Origin: Clostridia bacterium
GTDB taxonomy: Bacteria; Bacillota; Clostridia; Oscillospirales; CAG-272
DNA length: 50,306 nt
Direction: 5' to 3'
NCBI GenBank assembly: GCA_017454525.1
Contig: JAFTCT010000104.1
Location: forward strand, 1-50,306
The notes under the pieces are model-generated. The model did no database searches and was not told where the DNA came from. It saw only the letters and a list, made by a program, of their open reading frames with translations. Made by a program: the position numbers and the translations under genes. The first letter of the stretch is position 1; the number at the start of each line of letters is the position of its first letter. Below, in pieces: positions 16,979-25,900 of this stretch.

Positions 16979-19774
16979 TCAGTATCCGATCGTTCTGGCG
17001 ACCTGGAGACCTATGGCGTATCCTTCGCGCGTGACCGTGAAGAGATAGGTCCCTTTTTCGAGGTCCAGGACGAATTCGGTCGGTTCCTCTTTCAGTTCTC
17101 CCGAGAGAGTCCTGACGATCCTGCCGTCCGACGCGATCTTCAGTTCGAAGACGCCGCTCTTGTATTTCGGCGTCGAGGCGACGGTGACGACGGTTTTGCC
17201 GTTTTCTTCGCGTACCGAAACGGGACGTTCCACGCCGCTCGCGTCGCGGGCGTACCAGCGCAGTCCGTCGCTCCCGTCATCCTTGAAGACGCCGAACTTC
17301 TCGTCCTTGTACCCCAGTACGTATTCGGGCGCGTTCTTCAGCGCGAAGCGGATCTTTCCGTCTTCGCCGCGCGAGAAGGTCCAGCCCTGATAGTTTCTTG
17401 TCTTGCCCAGCAGGTTGAAGCGGACGCCGTTTCCGTCCGTGGGCGCGCCCGAGCCGGCGATATCCAGAACGTATTTCTGCGAGTAATTCATGATCGTGTA
17501 GGCGCCCCGGGTCTGATTATAGGTCACGGTGAAGTCGCGCGCGAACACGTCGTCGATCTTTCTGCCGTTGTCCCAGGCAAAGGTCATGTTGTTGGTCGCG
17601 AGCGACAGCGTTTTGCCGGTCTGGGCGTTTGTGAGGTTGTACGTTCCGTCGCCGAAGAGAGAACGCTCGCCCTTGCCGCTGCCCAGAGCGAAATAGAGCG
17701 TTCTGCCGCTCTTCAGACCGCCTTCGTTCTCGTCCGGCTTGACGCTTGCGATGATATTTTTGTTCTTGTCGACCAGCCGCAGTTCCAGCAGACGCGCGGT
17801 ACTGCCGCGCAGGGTGATCCCCCAGGAGAAATCGTCGATCGTATGATCGTCGTTGAACTGAAGCAGCTTATCGTAGCTGAAGGCGAACCAGCCGCTCTCG
17901 CTCTCCGTGGGGTCGGTCTTGCCCGAGAAGGAGAGCTTCTGTCCCTCCGTGCCGAGATCGGGGCGGGCGCCCTCGTTATAGCGCACGTCCATCATCGCGG
18001 GGATCGCGGTGGTGGTGAAGCCCTCTTTGTCGGTGCGCAGAAGGGTGATGTACAGGTTGTCGCGGCTGAGGATCTCGACGTTCACCTCGACCATCAGTTC
18101 GGGCAGACCGACCGAGATGTCCTTATCCCAGTAGACGAAACCGAGCGTGCCGCAGGCGTCGCAGCGGTTGTAATGCGTGACCTTCTCCTCGTTTGAGCAG
18201 AGCATCGCCCTGAAGGAGCCGTCCTCCAGAGCGGTCCTGCCGCCGAGGATAAAGGTGCAGTTCCTTACCGAGTCGGGGGTCGCGACGAGCGAGGGGGAAG
18301 AGCCGCTTGTCAGGTCCGAGCAGAGATATTTTCCTTCTCCCGACGCGTTCGCGGCGTAGAGCAGCCAGCCCTCGGATTTATCCTCCGGGAAGATATCCGC
18401 CTTGGGAATGAGGGCGAACACGCTGTGTTCTCCGGGGGTGGACGCCTTTCTTGCCATCGTTCTGCCGAAGTCGTTGTACACGAACCAGACGCCGTCGACC
18501 GGCTCGCAGATCGTATAGAGCGGATAGGTCTTTCCGTCGATCTCGGTCTCTCCCGCGGGATCGAAACGGAGGAAGGGGTTGACGTTCGTGTTGGGCATCC
18601 CGTATTCGGAGATGAGCGACGCGAAGGCGTTGCGCGCGGGCAGAAGCGCCATGCGCGTACTGTTGTATTCCTTGACGTTGAGTTCGGGGTAAACGGAGGT
18701 GTTGTTCATGGCGTCGTACATCATCCAGACGTTTCCGCTGTTCTTCCAGTCTCCCCAGGAATTGCGCACGAGGAAGGCGCCGCGCATCGTGACGCCGTTG
18801 ACCGTGACCTCGGCGTTGTCGTCGTAGCCGATGATGGCGACGCAGTGTCCGCCGGGATCGTCGGTGCCCGAGGCTCTCGCGCGGCTGCACCACAGTACGT
18901 ACTCGCCCTTCTTTGCAATGTCGCCGCTCTTCGTGATCTGCGCGTTCGACTCCCAGTAGCTGCTGGAGCCGGTGATGGCGACGGCGTTGCCGCGTGCGAC
19001 GGCGTCCTTGACGCGCAGAAGCAGTTTGTTGTTTCCGGAGGCGGTGAACAGCTGTCCGCCGGTATGGACTTCCTCAAAGTTCTTTAAGCGGTACATCATC
19101 GCGTCGATGAGCTGCCCTTCTCCGAGATCCCACGAACGGGTCTTCTCGGAAAAGAGGTTGGACGCGCCGTAGAAGCGCGTGGGATCGTAGGGCTCGAACT
19201 TGTCGTACACGCACTCGCTCATCGGCAGGGCGCCGTGATCCATGAGTACGCGGTAGCACATTTCGGTGTTGCCCATCGTGTAGTTATAGGTGAATTTCGC
19301 CGAAAAGGTCTTGGAGACGTCGCCCGAAGAGGGATCCCAGTCGATGCCGGGGAAATTGTGATTCATATACTGCGAGACGGCGACGGTGAACTGCGTGAAG
19401 GTCACGCCTTCGGAGGTGCAGGAGCCGATGCCGCCCTGATTGTCGACCAGCGGAAGATGCTTTGTGCCGACCAGCGTATAGGAGGAGGGCAGATCGTCAT
19501 AATCCGGTTCGGGAGTGGGGGTCGGTTCGGGCGTCGGCGTGGGCGTCGGCGTGGGAGTCGGCGTGGACGTCGGCACGGGGGTCGTTGCGGGCGTCGGCGT
19601 TTCTGCCGTCGGCGTGTCGACAGCCGTCGGATCTTCCGTCGGCGCGGGCGCCGTCGTGTCGGTCGCCGACGGAACAGTCGGCGTTCCGGCGGGAATATCC
19701 TCGTTCGCCGCGCACGCGGCGAGAACGGGAAGGATCAGAATGAAACATACGATGAGGGAAATGATCCTTTTCAA
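16979..19774 (-). CDS. Lipoprotein: PT stalk, papain-like (C1A-type) peptidase with inserted domain, ricin-type beta-trefoil
   Basis: TTG start with AAGGAGG RBS; lipobox LAAC; NQGGIGSCTS, GGHCVAIIGYDD, VRNSWG; C-terminal YNLTNAQTGK...YVLDIAG...QGW...LRWY. Confidence 0.85.
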   Translation of the reverse strand: MKRIISLIVCFILILPVLAACAANEDIPAGTPTVPSATDTTAPAPTEDPTAVDTPTAETPTPATTPVPTSTPTPTPTPTPTPEPTPTPEPDYDDLPSSYTLVGTKHLPLVDNQGGIGSCTSEGVTFTQFTVAVSQYMNHNFPGIDWDPSSGDVSKTFSAKFTYNYTMGNTEMCYRVLMDHGALPMSECVYDKFEPYDPTRFYGASNLFSEKTRSWDLGEGQLIDAMMYRLKNFEEVHTGGQLFTASGNNKLLLRVKDAVARGNAVAITGSSSYWESNAQITKSGDIAKKGEYVLWCSRARASGTDDPGGHCVAIIGYDDNAEVTVNGVTMRGAFLVRNSWGDWKNSGNVWMMYDAMNNTSVYPELNVKEYNSTRMALLPARNAFASLISEYGMPNTNVNPFLRFDPAGETEIDGKTYPLYTICEPVDGVWFVYNDFGRTMARKASTPGEHSVFALIPKADIFPEDKSEGWLLYAANASGEGKYLCSDLTSGSSPSLVATPDSVRNCTFILGGRTALEDGSFRAMLCSNEEKVTHYNRCDACGTLGFVYWDKDISVGLPELMVEVNVEILSRDNLYITLLRTDKEGFTTTAIPAMMDVRYNEGARPDLGTEGQKLSFSGKTDPTESESGWFAFSYDKLLQFNDDHTIDDFSWGITLRGSTARLLELRLVDKNKNIIASVKPDENEGGLKSGRTLYFALGSGKGERSLFGDGTYNLTNAQTGKTLSLATNNMTFAWDNGRKIDDVFARDFTVTYNQTRGAYTIMNYSQKYVLDIAGSGAPTDGNGVRFNLLGKTRNYQGWTFSRGEDGKIRFALKNAPEYVLGYKDEKFGVFKDDGSDGLRWYARDASGVERPVSVREENGKTVVTVASTPKYKSGVFELKIASDGRIVRTLSGELKEEPTEFVLDLEKGTYLFTVTREGYAIGLQVARTIGY

Positions 19775-19835
19775 AGCGATTGCCTCCTTTATGTATACGG
19801 CACGTCATACGTTCTGACGTGATCGCTGTTTTTGA

Positions 19836-21677
19836 TTATTCGAAACGGGCTTTTCTGAAAGGCGACGTGATCGCAGAGAGAACGTTCATGCCGCCGTCGC
19901 ACAGAGACGCTTCCGTGACGGTCGCTCTGCCGCTTCTGCCCTTGCGCAGTTCCAGACCCCAGATATAGTCGTCGAAAGCGCCGTTCCTGCCGCCGTAGAG
20001 CGGTTCGAGCGAGAAGGCGAGTTCTCCTTCGCAGGCGCCTCCGTCAAGGATCCCGTCGAAGTTCATATAGTCGCCCTTTTTGCGTTCGCCGAAGAAAGGA
20101 CGGCTGTTATTGTAACGGAACATCGCCGGCAGAAATTTGCGAACATGTCCGCTTTTTTTGCTTCTGCGCGTGACGTAGATCCTGAAGCAGTCGCGGTCGG
20201 TCGCGCTGACCGTGCATCTGACGTAGCGCTCGGGCATACCGATCGCCACGTCTTTGTGCCGGTCGATGAAGCAGAACTGATCGAGCGTCCAGATCCTTTC
20301 GGATCGCGCGTCCTTTCCGGCGGCGATCGTCAGACGGCCGTCAAAACCCGAGGGAGAATAGCTGTCGAGCAGCCAGGATTTTGCCTCGGGATAGCGCGCG
20401 CCGTTGTGCGTGGCGAGACTGCAGTCCCTGCCGGAGGCGGTAAAACTCACGCCCGCGTCCAGCACGCAGAACCCTCCGGGCGCCCCTTCCTTGTCGACCG
20501 CGTAGATCCAGTAACTGCCGCGGTATTCCTCTTTTTCATATTGTTTGTCCACGCCGGGGAAGGCGACGATCTCTTCGTACGGTACCGGCACGAAGCGGCG
20601 CGCGCCGTCCTCTGTCAGCGTGACCGCCCGGTCCTTGGCTTCGGGCGCGTAGGTGAGATATTTGCCGGTCGACGGATCGCAGATCCTGAACGCCGGATAC
20701 TCCTTTCCTTCAACGGTAAAGGAGCCGTCGCGGATGAAGCGCAGCGTCTGATTTTCCTTTGTCAGGGAGGGCGGGAACATCTTCGGCTTGTCCGCGGGCG
20801 TGAGGTGCATCGGTCCCGAGTAGAGTGCCGGATCGTTGAGGGCGCCGTATTCCGAAACGGTGTTGACCGCGTCGTACATCATCCAGACAAGACCGCCGTT
20901 CATCCAGCCGTCGCCGTAGGAATTGGCGATAAGGAAGGCGCCCTGCAGACGCACGCCGGCAAACTGCGCGGTGATCCCGTCGTCGTAGCCGACGATCGTC
21001 ACCTGATGTCCGCCCCCTCCGTTTCCCGCGGCGGCAACGCAGACGCGCTCGCCCTTTTTTCCGAGGTTTCCGCATCCGGTGACGTCGGTATAGACCCATC
21101 TGCCCAGGTAGCCGCCGGTCACGACCGCTTCGCCCGCGACGATCGCCTCCTTGATCCGCGCGAGCAGCGCCCGTCCCTCGGGGGAGGTCGTGAGTTTTTC
21201 GTTATAGGGCGGCTTCGTGAACCAGCGCTGATCGAATCCCTTCAGGCGGTAACGCAGCGCTTTCTCCATCTGTCCTTTTTTCACGAGAAAGGAGGTCGAG
21301 GCGGGGCAGCGCTTTCCGTCCCTGTCGCGCGGGATCGAGCCGCCGAGTACGCCCGGGCGTCCGGTATCGGCTTTTTCGAAGATCCCCTCGGTCTGCGGCA
21401 GCGCGCCGTGGAACGTCAGGAACTCGTAGACCCAGGCGGTGCCCGGTCCGACGATGTTGTAGGAATACTTCGGCGTGAAGGCGTCCCCGAAATTGTCGCG
21501 GGGGCAGAAATCCGACGCGGGATCCTTCTCGTGGATCAGCCGTGAAACGGCGTTTGAAAACTGATTGCGCATGATCGCCTGCGACGCGCAGGAGCCGATC
21601 GCGCCCTGATTGTCAACGGGCGGGAAGTGGGTGTCGCCCCAGATCGACGCGTAGGATGGCAGGGTCTGTTCTTTCAT
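19836..21677 (-). CDS. Papain-like (C1A-type) peptidase without a signal peptide
   Basis: Start MKEQTLP after GGAGG; NQGAIGSCAS, GGHQVTIVGYDD, ANSYG. No hydrophobic N-terminus and no C-terminal ricin domain. Confidence 0.85.
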   Translation of the reverse strand: MKEQTLPSYASIWGDTHFPPVDNQGAIGSCASQAIMRNQFSNAVSRLIHEKDPASDFCPRDNFGDAFTPKYSYNIVGPGTAWVYEFLTFHGALPQTEGIFEKADTGRPGVLGGSIPRDRDGKRCPASTSFLVKKGQMEKALRYRLKGFDQRWFTKPPYNEKLTTSPEGRALLARIKEAIVAGEAVVTGGYLGRWVYTDVTGCGNLGKKGERVCVAAAGNGGGGHQVTIVGYDDGITAQFAGVRLQGAFLIANSYGDGWMNGGLVWMMYDAVNTVSEYGALNDPALYSGPMHLTPADKPKMFPPSLTKENQTLRFIRDGSFTVEGKEYPAFRICDPSTGKYLTYAPEAKDRAVTLTEDGARRFVPVPYEEIVAFPGVDKQYEKEEYRGSYWIYAVDKEGAPGGFCVLDAGVSFTASGRDCSLATHNGARYPEAKSWLLDSYSPSGFDGRLTIAAGKDARSERIWTLDQFCFIDRHKDVAIGMPERYVRCTVSATDRDCFRIYVTRRSKKSGHVRKFLPAMFRYNNSRPFFGERKKGDYMNFDGILDGGACEGELAFSLEPLYGGRNGAFDDYIWGLELRKGRSGRATVTEASLCDGGMNVLSAITSPFRKARFE

Positions 21678-21712
21678 TTCTACGTCCTCCGAACTCATAA
21701 ACTACCACTTTA

Positions 21713-21741
21713 ATTATACTATACACCATATGAAAAGTCAA
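21713..21741 (-). promoter_or_regulatory. SigA-type promoter of the putative peptidase-peptidase-peptidase-murI operon
   Basis: TTGACT-17 nt-TATAAT on the minus strand; downstream intergenic gaps are only 61, 44 and 37 nt. Confidence 0.7.
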
Positions 21742-21813
21742 GTGGAATTCGCAATTCGCCTTATCAAATTCGCACCGGCGGTTCTGTTAAAACGCCGGGC
21801 TTCCCGCCGCTTT

Positions 21814-22590
21814 TCATCCCAGCGCCACGTCGAGCGACATCATGGCGATAAAGCCGGCGATAAAGAGCAGCGCGCCGTTCTTCTTTCCGGCGCTTCTGCC
21901 GATCTCCGGCAGAAGCTCGCATGCGGCGACGCAGATCATCGCGCCCGCGGCGAAGGAGAGCGTATAGGGCAGGATCGCGCCGACGAACGACGTGAGCAGC
22001 AGCGTCAGCGCGGCGCCGGCTGGCTCGACCGCGCCCGACAGCACGCCGTATACGAACGATCTGCCTTTTCCCACGCCGCACGCCGCGGCGGGCAGGGATA
22101 CGATCGCGCCCTCCGGGATATTCTGCAGCGCGATCCCCAGAGAGAGAGCGAAGGCGCCGGAGGCGGCGACGGCGTTTCCGTTCAGCACGCCCGCCCACAG
22201 GACGCCGACCGCCATGCCTTCCGGCAGATTGTGCACCGTTACCGCCCAGATCAGCAGCGCCGTTCTCTTTTTTCCGGAGGGAAGCGCGTCGATGCGCTTC
22301 GACAGTCCCGGGAGCAGTCTGTCGAGCAGGAGGCAGAAGAGCGCGCCCGCGGTCACGCCGAGCGCCGGCGGCAGGAACTGCGGAAGAAACGACGTTTCCG
22401 CGCGCTCGATCGCCGGAAGCAGAAGCGACCAGACGGAAGCCGCGAGCATCACGCCGGCGGCGAACGCCGAGAGGGCGCCTTCCGCGTCGCCCGCCCTGTC
22501 CTTTTTTTTGAAAAACACCGCGGCGGCGCCCGCCGCCGTTCCGAAGAACGGAATGAGGATCCCGCACACCGCTTGCAGTTCTGTAGTCAA
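21814..22590 (-). CDS. ZIP family (ZupT/GufA-like) metal transporter
   Basis: AAGVMLAASVWSLL, HNLPEGMAVG, QNIPEG, FAAGAM..V...ELLPE; multiple TM segments. Confidence 0.92.
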   Translation of the reverse strand: MTTELQAVCGILIPFFGTAAGAAAVFFKKKDRAGDAEGALSAFAAGVMLAASVWSLLLPAIERAETSFLPQFLPPALGVTAGALFCLLLDRLLPGLSKRIDALPSGKKRTALLIWAVTVHNLPEGMAVGVLWAGVLNGNAVAASGAFALSLGIALQNIPEGAIVSLPAAACGVGKGRSFVYGVLSGAVEPAGAALTLLLTSFVGAILPYTLSFAAGAMICVAACELLPEIGRSAGKKNGALLFIAGFIAMMSLDVALG

Positions 22591-22762
22591 TTCGGTTATT
22601 TCCTTTCATTTTTATGACCGTGTGCGACGCACACTGCTAACAGTGTATGAAAAGAAGGCGCGCGCGGTCAGCGCCCGCGGCGCAAAGATCGCTCGCACGG
22701 TAAATTTCCCGCGCCGTGATATCCCGCGCCGGGAATCATATCCGCGGGCTTCAGACGGCGTC

Positions 22763-22826
22763 TTTTGCCCGGAGCAAATGATTTTGCCCGGAGCAAAAGA
22801 TTTTGCCCGGAGAAAAAGATTTTGCC
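22763..22826 (+). repeat. 3.4 tandem copies of a 19-bp quasi-palindromic unit abutting the GH89 -35 box
   Basis: TTTTGCCCGGAGCAAATGA / TTTTGCCCGGAGCAAAAGA / TTTTGCCCGGAGAAAAAGA / TTTTGCC. Confidence 0.85.
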
Positions 22827-22855
22827 TTGACAATCCGTTCGTTTTCGGCTACAAT
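22827..22855 (+). promoter_or_regulatory. SigA-type promoter for the secreted GH89
   Basis: TTGACA-17 nt-TACAAT. Confidence 0.7.
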
Positions 22856-22918
22856 GATGCTGCGGGGTCCGGTCGAAGACGCCCGCGGGCGGGCGTGTCG
22901 CCCGGGAAAGGAAATGAC

Positions 22919-25900
22919 ATGAACGGAAAAGTGAAACTCCTGTCGCTTCTCGTTTCGTTTTTGATGATCTTTGAAGCGGCGTCGATCGTTCTGCCGTCTG
23001 CGGCGGCGGTCGTATCCAACGTGGCGCAGGGAAAGAGCGTCAGCGGTCCCGGCAGTGGTCTTGCCAATGCCGTTGACGGCGATATCGGCTCCTTCTGGGA
23101 CGGCGGCGTCTGCCCCTGCGCGCTCACCGTCGACCTCGGAGAGGTGTACGACCTTCAGAGGATCACGCTGGTGACCTATTACGACGGTTCGCGCGCCTAT
23201 ACCTTTCAGATCTCGGTCTCGCTTGACGGCGAGAATTACGAGCTTTACGGCGCAAAGACCGACGGCGCCGTCAGCACTGCCGACGGCACGACTTATGTGA
23301 AGGACGTTTCCGCCCGTTACGTGAAGGCGGAGATCCTTTCGAATACCGCGAATCCCTCCGGTCATATCAACGAGATCTTCGTGTACGGCGCAAGGCAGGG
23401 CGCCGACGATACCGATCCGGGCGACCCCTCGAACGTCGCCTACGGCAAGCCGACGCGTTCGAGCAGTACGACGGGCGACAGCAGCGCCGTGACCGACGGA
23501 AACGACGCGACCTACTGGACGGGCAGGGATTTTCCCGCCTACGTCGACGTCGATCTGATGGACAACTACGCGCTGGAGCGCGTGAAGATCGTCATGCCCT
23601 CGGGCGCGTGGAGTTACGATCTCTACGGATCGATTGACGGGGTGTCCTTTGACAAGCTCGCTTCGCACGGCTATACGCAGGTGAAGTCCGGCGGCGACGT
23701 TTATGAGGTCGGCGGGGTCTACCGTATCCTGCGCGTCAACGTGACGACCTCCTCCTCGGGCCTGGGCGGAAACAGCCGCGTTTCGGAGGTCCGCGCATAC
23801 GGCGCGCTCTCCCCGACGCAGGTCGTCCCCACGCGCGAAAAAATGACCTTTACCGACTATCGCGCCTGGCTATCCGACCGGTACGGCGTGACGGTCGGCG
23901 AAAACTACGATATCTCCGAGACCTTCACCGACAAGGACACCTATGAGGCGCTTTACGGCATCGTTGAGCGGCTGCTCGGCGGCGAATACAGAGACTGGTT
24001 CGTCTTTGAGAAATGCCTCGACGATCTCGCGTTCGATCACTACGCTGTAACGACCGAAAATGGAAAAACGAAAATCGAGGGCAACAACGGCTCCTCCATG
24101 GCGGTCGGTCTCAACGCCTTCCTCAAGAAATACTGCGGCGTGCACATCTCCCAGCAGACGGCGAACGTGACCATGCCCGAAACGATGCCGGTCGTCGCCG
24201 GTTCGCTGACCGGCTCCTCGCCCTATGACGTGCGCTACGCCTACAACTACTGCACGCTCTCCTATACTATGCCGTTTTACGGCTTCGACGAATGGCAGAG
24301 GGAACTGGACTATCTCGCGCTTTCGGGCGTGAATCTGATCCTCGATACCACCGCGACCGAAGCGCTGTGGGTCTCTTATCTTCAGAAATTCGGCTATAAC
24401 GCCGACGACGCGAAGAATTTCGTTTCGGGCTACGCATACAAAGCGTGGTGGCTGATGGGCAATCTGGAGGGCTACGGCGGCAGCGTTTCCGATCAGTGGA
24501 TCCTCGACACGCTTGAACTGGCGCGCGTCAATCAGCGTTTCATGACGGTTCTGGGGATCGAGCCCTGCCTTCAGGGCTTCATGGGCACGCTGCCCACGAC
24601 CTTTGAGAAGATCGCCGGACCGGTCTTGTCCGAAAAGGGCTACGACGATATTTCGGAGTACATGGTCGCGCAGGGCGGCTGGTCGGGCTTCACCCGTCCC
24701 CCGCTGCTCAAGACCACGTACGACGGCTACGAAGAACTGGCGAACACCTTCTACGATACGCAGAAGGCGCTTTACGGCGATATCACGCACTACTACGCAG
24801 GAGATCTCGCGCATGAGGGCGGCGTGATCCCCGCGGATCTGTCGCGCAGCGAGATGTCGGGCGAGATCCTGCGCCACATGACCGAAAACGACGACAGGGC
24901 GGTCTGGGTCATCCAGTGCTGGTGGGGCAACCCCGAAAAGGCGGTGCTCGACGGCTTCGGCGCCGAAAACAGAGCAAGTCACCTGCTGGTGCTCGATCTG
25001 AACGCCACGATCTCCGCCAACTACGGCAACACCTCCACCTGGGGCGGCAGGGAATGGAACGGCTCGGGGTGGGTCTTCTGTATGCTCGACAACTTCGGCG
25101 GGCGCCCGGGCGTACACGGCGAACTGGAATTCATGAAGGACGAGATCCTCAGGGCGTACAATGATTCCGAACACTTGAAGGGGATCGGTCTTGTTTCCGA
25201 GGGCACGCAGATGAACCCGGTGGTGCAGGAGCTGCTCTGGGATATGGCGTGGCGCACCGAGGATTTCGATATGACCGAATGGCTGCACGCCTACGCCGCG
25301 CGCAGATACGGCGCGGAAAACGAAAATCTCAACGCCGCGTGGGACATCCTCCTCGAAACGGCTTACGGCTACGCCGGACCGCACGATTTCAATACCAATA
25401 CCATTCTCAATATGCTGCCCTCGTTCAGCCCCTCCTCGATCTCTGGCAGCACGACGGTCGATTACGACGCCGACGCCTTTGAGGAAGCGGTCGACCTGTT
25501 CATGGGCGAATTTGAGACCTTCAAGAATAAGGAAACGTATATTTACGACGCTGTGGACCTGCTCAAGCAGCTGCTGTCCAACAGCATGACGCTCTATTTC
25601 AACACCTTCGTCGCGGCGCGCGCCGAGGGTGAGCCCGAAGCCGCCGCGGATATGGCGGAGAAATTCATGGACGCTGTGCTGATCATGGACGAGGTCTGCG
25701 AATATGAGATCGACAGCACGATCGGCGAATGGGTCGGACGCATCGACCGCTTTATTTCCGATGACCGCACGGGCGCCTACGACGACTATTCGGTCGATAC
25801 GATGCGCTTCAACGCCAAGGCGATCATCACCGCCTGGTGCAGCAAGATCCTGCACGCCTACGCGTACCGGCAGTATTCCGGACAGATCAGGGATTACAAC

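Noticed and set aside
15285-20834. Inserts in the peptidases as inteins or introns
   Set aside because: No N-terminal Cys/Ser with C-terminal His-Asn, no homing endonuclease motifs, and the reading frames are continuous.
21992-22918. First 309 codons of the 1968-aa ORF
   Set aside because: They lie antisense to the ZIP gene and run across the promoter/repeat region. The signal peptide and RBS place the real start at 22919.
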